Under the pieces are notes generated by a model. That model had not been told where the DNA came from. It made no database searches and saw nothing but the letters and a program-made list of their open reading frames with translations. Shown here piece after piece: positions 8,343 through 16,569 of a DNA stretch of 64,000 nucleotides. The position numbers and the translations under genes are program-made. The stretch comes from an uncultured Alphaproteobacteria bacterium. Its GTDB lineage: Bacteria; Pseudomonadota; Alphaproteobacteria; Rhizobiales; Methyloligellaceae. Location of the stretch: positions 6,793 through 70,792 of the forward strand of contig CAWFNK010000026.1 in the NCBI GenBank assembly GCA_963817175.1, given 5' to 3'. The stretch's first letter is position 1; every line of letters begins with the position of its first letter.

Positions 8343-9410
8343 TCACCGCGCCGAGGTCAGCCGCTCGACCATGGCCCAGATCGCTTTGATCTGCGCCGCG
8401 TCCTTGCCGAGATAATCGAGCCCGGTATAGCCCCACCAGTCCCAGCAGCCTTTCGGGTTGATCGTGCTGGCCTTGATTTGCGGGAACAGGACGACGATCC
8501 GGTTGGTGTCGGCGATCTCGGCAAAACCGCTGCCTTTGACGAAACTATCGCCCACCGCTTCGCGCGACTGCTGGCAGCCATGCAGCGCGATATGCACCCG
8601 GCAGCCGCCTTGCTCGGCGCAGCCTTGCGGGACATAGACCACGCCCTCGTCGGCCAAACCGTCGCCGGGATCGGAGAAGGCCCCTTGGTCGAACGGGATG
8701 TAGCGGCCTTTGGCTTCGACGGAAGGGTCGGCCAGCGGACCATAGATCCAGGCGAGGATGGCTTGAGCCTGGTTGTAGCCGCAATTGCTCACATAGGGCG
8801 TGTCGGAGACGCCGCACGCCACGCCGCCGCCCTGCGCGGTGATCAGAGCGTGGCCGCCATCGCCCTCGATCAGCGCCGTATTGCCTTCGTCGACGCCCAC
8901 CTCCTTGTAGAAGCGCTTCGCCGCCTGCACCACCGCGAGCTTAACCGTGTCGTCCTTCTTGCCGGAGAAGAGATAGACGTTGTCGGCGGCGAGCCCGGCG
9001 ATCGGATCGATCTCGCCGTCTTCGGCAAGCTCCTTGGCCCGAGTGGCCAGTGCCACGGGATCTGGCGTCCCCAAACTCGTCTCCATGCACTGATAGAGCG
9101 CTTGCGTACCGTTCTGCGCCACGGCCGTCGGCCAGAACGGAAAGATGCGGCTCGCCGCGCTCTCGGCGCAGGCATAAGGGCCACCGGCGACGATGCCGGC
9201 GCCCACGATGTCCTTTGAATGGGCGACTTGAATCTGTCCCGCCATATAGGCGCCGGAGGAGAGCCCAGCGACGGAGGTCAAGGCAAGGTCGGCGCCGAGC
9301 TTGGGCAATTCCTCGGCCGCAAGTAGCTCCGTCGCAAGCGCCGTGAGTGCAAGCATGGCGATCGCGAGCGCGCGCGCGAGTGGAACTATCTCTGTCTTGC
9401 ATCGGTTCAT
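8343..9410 (-). CDS. Secreted poly(3-hydroxybutyrate) depolymerase-type esterase
   Basis: Signal-like N-terminus, lipase box GLSSGAYMA, HIALHGCQQ, NPKGCWDWWGY. Start uncertain (9410 or 9357). Confidence 0.85.
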   Translation of the reverse strand: MNRCKTEIVPLARALAIAMLALTALATELLAAEELPKLGADLALTSVAGLSSGAYMAGQIQVAHSKDIVGAGIVAGGPYACAESAASRIFPFWPTAVAQNGTQALYQCMETSLGTPDPVALATRAKELAEDGEIDPIAGLAADNVYLFSGKKDDTVKLAVVQAAKRFYKEVGVDEGNTALIEGDGGHALITAQGGGVACGVSDTPYVSNCGYNQAQAILAWIYGPLADPSVEAKGRYIPFDQGAFSDPGDGLADEGVVYVPQGCAEQGGCRVHIALHGCQQSREAVGDSFVKGSGFAEIADTNRIVVLFPQIKASTINPKGCWDWWGYTGLDYLGKDAAQIKAIWAMVERLTSAR

Positions 9411-9608
9411 CACGTGACCTTCCTCGCCGTCGCCGCGTAGGAGCGCGGCGTCAATCGTGGCCAACACGGAAGTCGTCCTCCTACACGGTACGGAAACTTT
9501 TTCGTGGTCATTCTGTCTCATGAGGCCAAAAACCTCTTGCATCGCTCGAACGCGGGTGTAAATAGCGCGTCGTTTAGACTTGAACATCTGCTGGTTGGGG
9601 AGGACGCC

Positions 9609-10149
9609 ATGTCCAGTGACGCCCTCTTCCAATTGGGGATGGACTTGGATCATGGTTCAAGCACCGCCCAAACGGAAGAAAAGCTTTCCCGGCGCCTTCG
9701 TTCCTTCGCGGGAGGAAGAGCGCAAGGACTTTTTTTGTGAGCGAGATGGGGTCGCCTACGCGGGCACTCATCTCATCATTGATCTCGTTCGGGCCGAGCG
9801 CCTCGACGACCTAGAGCACATCGAGCATACGCTCAGACGATGTGTTGAGGTCGCAGGCGCCACGCTCCTGCACATCCATCTGCACCATTTCACGCCGAAT
9901 GGTGGGGTGTCGGGGGTCGCGGTTCTCGCCGAGTCGCATATCTCGATCCACAGCTGGCCGGAATATGGCTACGCCGCACTGGATATCTTCATGTGCGGCC
10001 AGACCAATCCGAGAGCGGCCATCGACGTCTTGAAGGAGGCCTTCTCGCCTCGCAAGGTGGTGGTCAAGGAGCAGATGCGCGGCAAGGAAATGAACCGATG
10101 GAACGCTGGGTCGAAGAGACGCTCCACCGTGGCTTCCGTGTCCGTCTGA
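9609..10149 (+). CDS. speD: S-adenosylmethionine decarboxylase proenzyme (frame break near 9680-9740; 3' end may also be shifted)
   Basis: GGGGAGG RBS and ATG 9609 (MSSDALFQLGMDL). The core in the +1 frame reads AGTHLIIDL...GVSGVAVLAESHISIHSWPEYGYAALDIFMCG, with the ESH cleavage site. Confidence 0.92.
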
Positions 10150-10952
10150 AGGCGGACACCGTCCTTTTCGACAGCGAGACCGAGCATCAGCGACTGATCA
10201 TCCTCGAGAACGCCGACTTTGGGCGGGTGATGATGCTTGACGGCATCGTCCAGGTCACCACCAAGGACGAGTTCGTCTATCACGAGATGATGTCGCATGT
10301 GCCGCTGTTCGCTCACGGCAAGGCCAAGCAGGCGCTGATCGTCGGCGGCGGCGACGGCGGGGTGCTGCGCGAGGTGTTGAAGCACCCGGAGATCGAGCAG
10401 GCGACGCTTTGCGAGATCGACCAGGGGGTGATCGACCTCTGCCGCCAGCATTTCCCGGAAGTGTCCGCCGGCGCCTATGACGACCCGCGCACGAGGATCG
10501 TCATCGCCGACGGCACCAAATTCGTGGCCGAGACGCCCGACCGGTTCGACGTGATCATGATCAATTCGACCGATCCCGTCGGCCCCGGCGCCGTGCTGTT
10601 CACCCGCGAGTTCTATGCCGGCTGCGCCCGCTGCCTCAAGCCGGGGGGTCTGCTGGTCACCCAGAACGGGCTGCCCTTCCTGCAGGCCTCGGAGCTCAAG
10701 CAGAGCGTCGGTTTCTTCCGCGAGCTGTTCGGCGACGCTTTCGCCTATCTCGCCAACACCCCGAGCTATTTCGGCGGCCCGATGTCGTATGGCTGGGCCA
10801 CCGACAATCCCAAGCTCAGGCATCACAAGCGGCGGAAGATCGAGCGGCGCTACAAGAAGGCAGGAAGCTTCCCCACGCGCTATTGGACGCCCGAGGTCCA
10901 TGTCGCCGCCTTCGCGCTGCCGACTTATGTGCGGGAGCTGGTCGAGGCGTAG
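10098..10952 (+). CDS. speE: Spermidine synthase (polyamine aminopropyltransferase)
   Basis: FGRVMMLDG, DEFVYHEMMSH, IVGGGDGG, CEID, STDPVGPG; directly downstream of speD. Confidence 0.95.
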   Translation: MERWVEETLHRGFRVRLKADTVLFDSETEHQRLIILENADFGRVMMLDGIVQVTTKDEFVYHEMMSHVPLFAHGKAKQALIVGGGDGGVLREVLKHPEIEQATLCEIDQGVIDLCRQHFPEVSAGAYDDPRTRIVIADGTKFVAETPDRFDVIMINSTDPVGPGAVLFTREFYAGCARCLKPGGLLVTQNGLPFLQASELKQSVGFFRELFGDAFAYLANTPSYFGGPMSYGWATDNPKLRHHKRRKIERRYKKAGSFPTRYWTPEVHVAAFALPTYVRELVEA

Positions 10953-10991
10953 CGTGGGCTTGGTGGGCACGCTCTGCTTTGCCCACCCTAC
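10948..10991. repeat. GTAG-type REP element (degenerate pair)
   Basis: CGTAGCGTGGGC...TGGTGGGCACGCTCTGCTTTGCCCACCCTAC; same family as 12319-12398 and 60716-60800. Confidence 0.8.
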
Positions 10992-12244
10992 AGCCGCTCG
11001 AGCTTCGGCAGCTCGCCCAAGAGAGGCCGGCAATAGGCGTAGAACGCCGCGCTCACATCGTTCGAGCCTGAGATGAACTCCGCCGGCACGTGCCGCGTGC
11101 GGCGCGCCACAGCGGAGAGCGCGGCACGGGCGCATTCGCTTCGATAGGCGTCGGGCGCGTCGGACGTGCGGACGATGATCACCGAGGCGCTTGTCTCGCC
11201 TCCTGCCGCCAGCTCCGCCGCGTAACGCCCCACCGCGCGCGCTTCCTCGGTATCCACCGGCGAGGCATGCGGCCAGCAGCGCTGGATATAGCCGAACGTG
11301 TCGGCGCGCACCCTTGGCGACTTGCCGCCTTTCGGCGTCAGCCCGGTCTTGACCAGATCGGCGAGCCCATCGCCGAGCGCGCCGGAACCTGAGAGTTGCA
11401 CATTGCCGTGCGCGTCGACTTCGCCAGGGCCGCGCATGAGCTTAGGTCCGATCTCGGCACCTGAGGCGTCGCGGATGCCTTCGCTGACGGCGATCTGGCA
11501 GCGGCCGAGCTTGGCATAGACCGCCTCGACATCGGCGAGGAAGGCATCGGTCGAGAACGGCACCTCGGGAAGATAGATCAGATGCGGCGCGGGCCGGTCG
11601 GCCGGCGCGGCGCCGTCGGGTGCCGCGCCCCGCGCGATCGCCGACGCCGCGGCGAGAAAGCCCGCGTTCCGCCCCATGATGACGTTGATCTTGATGCCGC
11701 CGAGGCTCGCATTGTCGAGCGCGTCCCCCATCAGCGCCAGGCTGACATAGCGCGCGGCCGACGGGAAACCCGGCGTGTGGTCGTTCTCCAGGAGATCGTT
11801 GTCGATCGTCTTCGGCACATGGAAGCAGCGGAGCTCGTAGCCGGCGGCGTGAGCCTTCTCGCTGACGATGCGGCAGGTGTCGGCCGAGTTGTTGCCGCCG
11901 ATATAGAAGAAATAGCGAATGTCGTTGCGGCGGCAACCGTCGAGGATCTTCTCGCAATAGCCCTCGTCCGGCTTGTCGCGGGTCGAGCCGAGCGCGGCCG
12001 AGGGCGTGCGGGCGACCGCATCGAGCTTCGCCTTGTCGATTTGCGTCAGATCGAGCAGGCCCTCGGCGCCCGGCTTCACCAGCCCACGCACGCCATGCCG
12101 CATGCCGAAGATGCGCTCGACCTTGCCTGAAGCCGCGAGGCCTAAGCGCAGGCCTTCGACCACGCCCGCCAGCGACTGATTGATGACGGCGGTCGGCCCG
12201 CCGGACTGGCCGATCACCGCATTGCCGGAAAGAAGATCGGTCAC
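10988..12244 (-). CDS. pfp: Phosphofructokinase, pyrophosphate-dependent type
   Basis: QSGGPTAVIN, ALGSTR, YIGGN(N)SADT, PKTIDND, MGRNAG, DAHGNVQLSG, RADTFGYIQR; GTG start at 12244. Confidence 0.85.
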   Translation of the reverse strand: MTDLLSGNAVIGQSGGPTAVINQSLAGVVEGLRLGLAASGKVERIFGMRHGVRGLVKPGAEGLLDLTQIDKAKLDAVARTPSAALGSTRDKPDEGYCEKILDGCRRNDIRYFFYIGGNNSADTCRIVSEKAHAAGYELRCFHVPKTIDNDLLENDHTPGFPSAARYVSLALMGDALDNASLGGIKINVIMGRNAGFLAAASAIARGAAPDGAAPADRPAPHLIYLPEVPFSTDAFLADVEAVYAKLGRCQIAVSEGIRDASGAEIGPKLMRGPGEVDAHGNVQLSGSGALGDGLADLVKTGLTPKGGKSPRVRADTFGYIQRCWPHASPVDTEEARAVGRYAAELAAGGETSASVIIVRTSDAPDAYRSECARAALSAVARRTRHVPAEFISGSNDVSAAFYAYCRPLLGELPKLERL

Positions 12245-12318
12245 GCTGCTACCCCCTGTTTGTGGCGCGCGAGAATGCCCCGGAGCGTTGCGCCCTGGCA
12301 AGGCCACGCCGGGAGTCT

Positions 12319-12398
12319 CGTAGGGTGGGCAAAGGCGCAACGCGCCGTGCCCACCATGTTCGTACCGCGTGGGCAACGAAGACGTTGCCCACCCTACG
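12319..12398. repeat. GTAG-type REP inverted pair (BIME-like)
   Basis: CGTAGGGTGGGCAA...TTGCCCACCCTACG terminal inverted repeats enclose two internal palindromes. Confidence 0.85.
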
Positions 12399-12399
12399 G

Positions 12400-12757
12400 T
12401 CCCCCCGAGGGGGGATGGCGCGCCGAGAAAGCGCAAAGTCCTAATGGCTCGTGCCTTGCGGCACGCGGGCGCCTCGCGGCGCGCCAATCACGGCGTCATG
12501 TTCGGCGGCGGGCCGCGCTTTGCTCGGGGCCGGCGTTCTGGCCGGGCGGTCAGCCAGCTCCTGACAGGGACTCCTAGTGGTCCCGGGCGGAGCCCCGCCG
12601 CCGCCCGAGTGCCCATGCTGCGTGCACGAACCCGCAGGCGCCGCACCTCGTCCGCACGTCACGACGCCTCATGATGCGCCCCTTCAGTGGACGAGGTGGA
12701 TGCAGTTTACGCGAGGTTCGGGAGGGCGGTGATTATGCGGGGATAACCACCCCTCCC
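12400..12757. other. Multi-stem structured non-coding element (ncRNA or MITE-like; unassigned)
   Basis: Complementary arms: 12416-25/12477-86, 12450-55/12460-65, 12503-12/12594-603, 12567-71/12580-84, 12644-53/12689-98 and GGGAGGG/CCCTCCC near 12720-57. No credible CDS. Confidence 0.55.
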
Positions 12758-12758
12758 T

Positions 12759-12840
12759 CGTCATCCCGGCGCAAGCCGGGATCCAGGGGCAACTGGTACC
12801 GAACGAGCGGCTCTGGATACCGGCTTTCGCCGGTATGACG
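12759..12840. repeat. CGTCAT-type palindromic repeat pair
   Basis: CGTCATCCCGGCGCAAGCCGGGATCCAG ... CTGGATACCGGCTTTCGCCGGTATGACG. Confidence 0.85.
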
Positions 12841-12859
12841 GAGATTGTGAGAGCGAATC

Positions 12860-13859
12860 TTACAGCCGCAGCAGATGCAGGCTGAACAGCTGGTCCGCGT
12901 CGGTCCAGGCCTTGACCGGGGTCCAACCGCTCGCGCCGGCGAGCCGCCGGAACTCGTCCACCGTGTATTTGTGCGAGTTCTCGGTATGGATGCGCTCGCC
13001 TTCGGCAAACGCGAAATCGCGGCCGGCGACGCGCACGCTCTGCCGGGCGAGGCTCACTAGATACATCTCGATCCGCCCCGCAGCCTCGTTCCACACCGCG
13101 TCATGGGCGAAGCGGGCGAGGTCGAAATTGGCGCCAAGCTCGCGATTGGCGCGGACCAGCAGATTGAGATTGAAAGCTGCGGTGACGCCCCGCGCGTCGT
13201 TATAGGCAGGGACGAGGATCCGCTCGCTCTTCTTCAGATCGACGCCGAGCAGAAAGGCGCTGCCGGGTCCAAGCAGGCGCGCGGCATTGCCGAGGAACGC
13301 CCTCGCCTCCGCATGCGTCAGATTGCCGATGGTCGAGCCCGAGAAGAAGCCGAGCCGGGGCTTCCGCCGCGCGAGCGGCGGCAGCGCGCGCGTCGCGGTG
13401 AAGTCGGCGATCAGCGGCACGATGGTGAGGCCGGGATGTTGCCCTGACAGCCACTCAGCCGCCTCTTCAAGACTTCTCGGCGGCGATGTCGATCGGGATA
13501 TAGGCGGGCACCTGTCCGAGCGCGCTCAACAGCAAACTCGTCTTGCGGCTCGATCCCGATCCGAACTCGACCAGGATGCGCCCCTGACCGGCGAGCGCGG
13601 CGATCTCCTCGCCATAAGTCTCGAGCAACGCGGTCTCGGTCCGCGTCGGGTAATACTCGGTGAGCTTGGTGATCTCCTCGAACAGCTCCGAGCCGCGCGC
13701 ATCGTAGAAGAAGCGGCAGGGGACGCTGCGGGGATGGCGCGCAAGTCCGGCCAGCAGGGCTGCGGCGAACTCGCTCTCGGTCAGCGCCTCTTGCGCGCGC
13801 AACGCTCGCGCGGGAGACGCGGACTCTCTCGGGAGCTGAAGCGAGACCTCGCCCTCCAT
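12860..13859 (-). CDS. egtD: L-histidine N-alpha-methyltransferase (frameshift at ~13473)
   Basis: FFYDARGSELFEEITKLTEYYPTRTE and EFGSGSSRKT lie in ORF 13467-13991. GSTIGNL, AYNDARGVTAAFN and IHTENSHKY lie in ORF 12860-13420. Removing one base joins them as AESLEEAAEWL. Confidence 0.9.
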
Positions 13860-15145
13860 CACGCGTCCGCCGCGAGCCTGAGGCCCGTGAACTGCCAGCG
13901 CTGATGCGGATAGAAGAAATTGCGATAGGTCCGCCGTACATGGCCCTCCGGCGTCACGCAGGAGCCGCCTTTGAGCACGAACTGATTGCACATGAACTTG
14001 CCGTTATATTCGCCGACCGCGCCGGGCGCGGCCTTGAAGCCGGGGTAGGGGAGATAGGCGCTTCCCGTCCACTCCCAGACATCGCCGAACATCTGCTGTA
14101 GCCGCGGGCCGATCCCCGCCGGCATGGGCCGCAAATGTCCTGCGCCAAGTGTGCGGCCCTCGAGCGGGACGCTCGCCGCGGCGACCTCCCATTCGAACTC
14201 GGACGGCAGCCGGTGGCCGGCCCAGCGGGCGAAGGCATCGGCCTCGTAATAGCTGACATGAGTGACAGGGGCGGCGGGATCGACCGGACGGAAGCCGAGC
14301 AGGCTCATCTGCCCGTAGCCGCCTTGCGCCTTCTCGAAATAAAGCGGGCCCTGCCAGTCTTGGCTCTTTACCGTGGCCCAGCCATCGGCGAGCCAGAGCA
14401 CAGGCGTTGTGTAGCCGCCGTCCTCGATGAACTCGATCCATTCGGCGTTGGTGACGGGACGGCTCGCGAGCTTGAAGGGGTGGATCAGCGCCTCGTGGCG
14501 CGGGCCTTCATTGTCATAGGCGAAGCCATCACCCTCATGGCCCACTTCGAAGATGCCGCCCTCGAACGGCACCCAGTCGAGCGGCGTCACATGGCCCGCG
14601 GCGATGCCGGGGCCGGCGTCGCGATAAGCGGGCTTGAGCGGCTCGGCCGCGAACAGGCTCAAGATATCGGTGAGCAGAAGCTCCTGATGCTGCTGCTCAT
14701 GATTGATGCCGAGCTCGATCAGCTCGGCCGCCTCGGGAGCGAGCGCGGTATCGAACAGCCGCGCCAACGCCTGATCGACGAAGGCGCGATAGGCGCGCAC
14801 CTCGGCGGCCGTGGGCCGCGTAAGCAGTCCGCGCTTGCCGCGCGGCTGCCGCGCACCGACGCTCTCGTAGTAGGAATTGAAGCAATATTCGAAGCGCTCG
14901 TCGAACACGCTATAGCCGGGAAGGAAGCGCTTCAGCAGGAAGGCCTCGAAGAACCAAGTGGTGTGCGCGAGATGCCATTTGGTCGGGCTCGCGTCGTCGT
15001 TCGCCTGCACGACCTGATCTTCGTCGCTCAACGGCGCGGCAAGCTCGGTCGACAGGGCGCGCGTGGCGAACAGGCGATCGCGCAAGGGGACTGATTCGGC
15101 CTTCGGCTTGATCTCGGCGACGACGACGTTGTGCAGGTTCATCAT
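13859..15145 (-). CDS. egtB: Ergothioneine biosynthesis sulfoxide synthase
   Basis: DASPTKWHLAHTTWFFE, FNSYY, HEQQHQELL iron-binding His motif, FGE-sulfatase domain ending RNFFYPHQRWQFTGLRLA; translationally coupled to egtD. Confidence 0.93.
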   Translation of the reverse strand: MMNLHNVVVAEIKPKAESVPLRDRLFATRALSTELAAPLSDEDQVVQANDDASPTKWHLAHTTWFFEAFLLKRFLPGYSVFDERFEYCFNSYYESVGARQPRGKRGLLTRPTAAEVRAYRAFVDQALARLFDTALAPEAAELIELGINHEQQHQELLLTDILSLFAAEPLKPAYRDAGPGIAAGHVTPLDWVPFEGGIFEVGHEGDGFAYDNEGPRHEALIHPFKLASRPVTNAEWIEFIEDGGYTTPVLWLADGWATVKSQDWQGPLYFEKAQGGYGQMSLLGFRPVDPAAPVTHVSYYEADAFARWAGHRLPSEFEWEVAAASVPLEGRTLGAGHLRPMPAGIGPRLQQMFGDVWEWTGSAYLPYPGFKAAPGAVGEYNGKFMCNQFVLKGGSCVTPEGHVRRTYRNFFYPHQRWQFTGLRLAADA

Positions 15146-15308
15146 CCGCTCCTCGGCCCAGGGCTGTCGCACGGGAAAAAGCCCGGATTCGCCGAGCAGA
15201 CGCGCCGCACTCACCGAAACGCCAGATTTACCAGCTTGTTCCGGCACGCGGAATGGTTAAGCATGCACAACTCTGTGAGGCAGAATTGATTTTCGGCGGA
15301 GTCTTGCG

Positions 15309-15797
15309 TTGCAGAACAATCGTGCCAGGAACGACGACACCGTCATCGCCTTCGACCGCCGCCAGTCGCCGGTCGCCGCCGAATTGCAACGCGGCGTGTG
15401 CCGCAGATTCCGCGCCGAGGGCTTCTCCGTCGTCACCGAGCTGTCGCTTGCCAATGGCAGGCGCGCGGATGTGGTGGCGCTTTCTTCCGGCGGCGACATC
15501 ACCATCATCGAGATCAAATCCTGCCTGCTCGACTATCAGAGCGACGGCAAGTGGCACGATTATCTGCCGTTCTGCGACCGGCTCTATTTCGCCGTCGCCG
15601 CCGATTTTCCCTGCGAGGTGATTCCGGACGCGGCGGGTCTCATTCTCGCCGATCGTTACGGCGCCGAGCTGATGCGCGACCCGATTGAGGAGCGTCTCTC
15701 AGCCGCACGCCGCAAAGCCATGATGCTGTGCTTCGCCCGCGCCGCGGCGCTGCGCTTGCAGCTTCACCTCGACCCGTCTTGCGGCTTCGAGGTCTGA
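15309..15797 (+). CDS. mmcB: MmcB family DNA repair protein (PD-(D/E)XK nuclease-like)
   Basis: ELSLANGRRADVVAL, IIEIKS, DGKWHDYLPFCDRLYFAV, GLILADRYG. Start uncertain. Confidence 0.85.
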   Translation: MQNNRARNDDTVIAFDRRQSPVAAELQRGVCRRFRAEGFSVVTELSLANGRRADVVALSSGGDITIIEIKSCLLDYQSDGKWHDYLPFCDRLYFAVAADFPCEVIPDAAGLILADRYGAELMRDPIEERLSAARRKAMMLCFARAAALRLQLHLDPSCGFEV

Positions 15798-15799
15798 CT

Positions 15800-16378
15800 T
15801 TACTTCGGAGCCCGTTTGGCGAGGATGCGCTGCAACGTGCGCCGATGCATGTTGAGCCGGCGCGCCGTCTCCGAGACATTGCGATTGCAGAGCTCGTAGA
15901 CCCGCTGGATGTGCTCCCAGCGCACGCGGTCCGCCGACATCGGATTCTCCGGCGGCGGCGCCTTGGCGGTCGTGCCCGACGCGACCAGCGCGTTATAGAC
16001 ATCGTCCGCGTCGGCGGGCTTGGCGAGATAGTCGACCGCGCCGAGCTTCACCGCCGTCACGGCGGTGGCGATATTGCCGTAGCCGGTCAGCACCACCGCG
16101 CGCGCCTCGGGGCGAACGTCCTTCAGCGCGGCGATCACGTCGATGCCGTTGCCGTCATCCAGCCGCATATCCACCACGGCGAAGGCAGGGGGGCGGCGCT
16201 TGAGCGAGGACAGCCCGTCCTCCACCGAGGCGGCGGCTTCGACCTCGAAGCCGCGCGTCTCCATGGCGCGCGCGAGCCGCGCGAGGAAGGCGCGATCGTC
16301 ATCGACGATCAACAGCGTGTTGTCTTCAAGCACCGGGTAATCGGTCTGAGGCGTGGGCGAGAATTGTTGAGCTTCCAT
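15800..16378 (-). CDS. regA: RegA/PrrA/ActR redox response regulator
   Basis: Receiver domain followed by PPPENPMSADRVRWEHIQRVYELCNRNVSETARRLNMHRRTLQRILAKRAP. Confidence 0.96.
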   Translation of the reverse strand: MEAQQFSPTPQTDYPVLEDNTLLIVDDDRAFLARLARAMETRGFEVEAAASVEDGLSSLKRRPPAFAVVDMRLDDGNGIDVIAALKDVRPEARAVVLTGYGNIATAVTAVKLGAVDYLAKPADADDVYNALVASGTTAKAPPPENPMSADRVRWEHIQRVYELCNRNVSETARRLNMHRRTLQRILAKRAPK

Positions 16379-16569
16379 GTCAGGGCTCTCCGAGTGGTTC
16401 TGCTCCTGCCCCGTCCCCAAGGCGTAAGCTCCCACAGAATAGAAGGATTCTTCTGCGTTGCGCTGCGACGAGATGACGTAGAGCTAAGGGCTCTTGCTCG
16501 CTACGGCAAGGCTAGGGGCGCCGATTGTAGCAATCCGGCCAAAGTTTTAGCTGGTTAACGCGCCCCCGG

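Noticed and set aside
4351-9500. Genomic island integrated at tRNA-Arg
   Set aside because: No integrase, no duplicated tRNA 3' end seen, and no clear compositional shift.
10563-11890. Catalytically altered SpeE (D to N) and PFK with a novel GGNN specificity motif
   Set aside because: Both are single transitions inside GANTC motifs and fit the methylation-linked error pattern; not treated as biology without read support.
12245-12487. N-terminal extensions of pfk (and similarly of trmB and coaBC) in the ORF track
   Set aside because: They are translations of REP or structured repeat DNA; homology starts at the downstream start codons.
15230-15335. LexA box upstream of mmcB
   Set aside because: GAAC half-sites at about 15314 and 15329 are spaced 11 nt rather than the alphaproteobacterial 7 nt.
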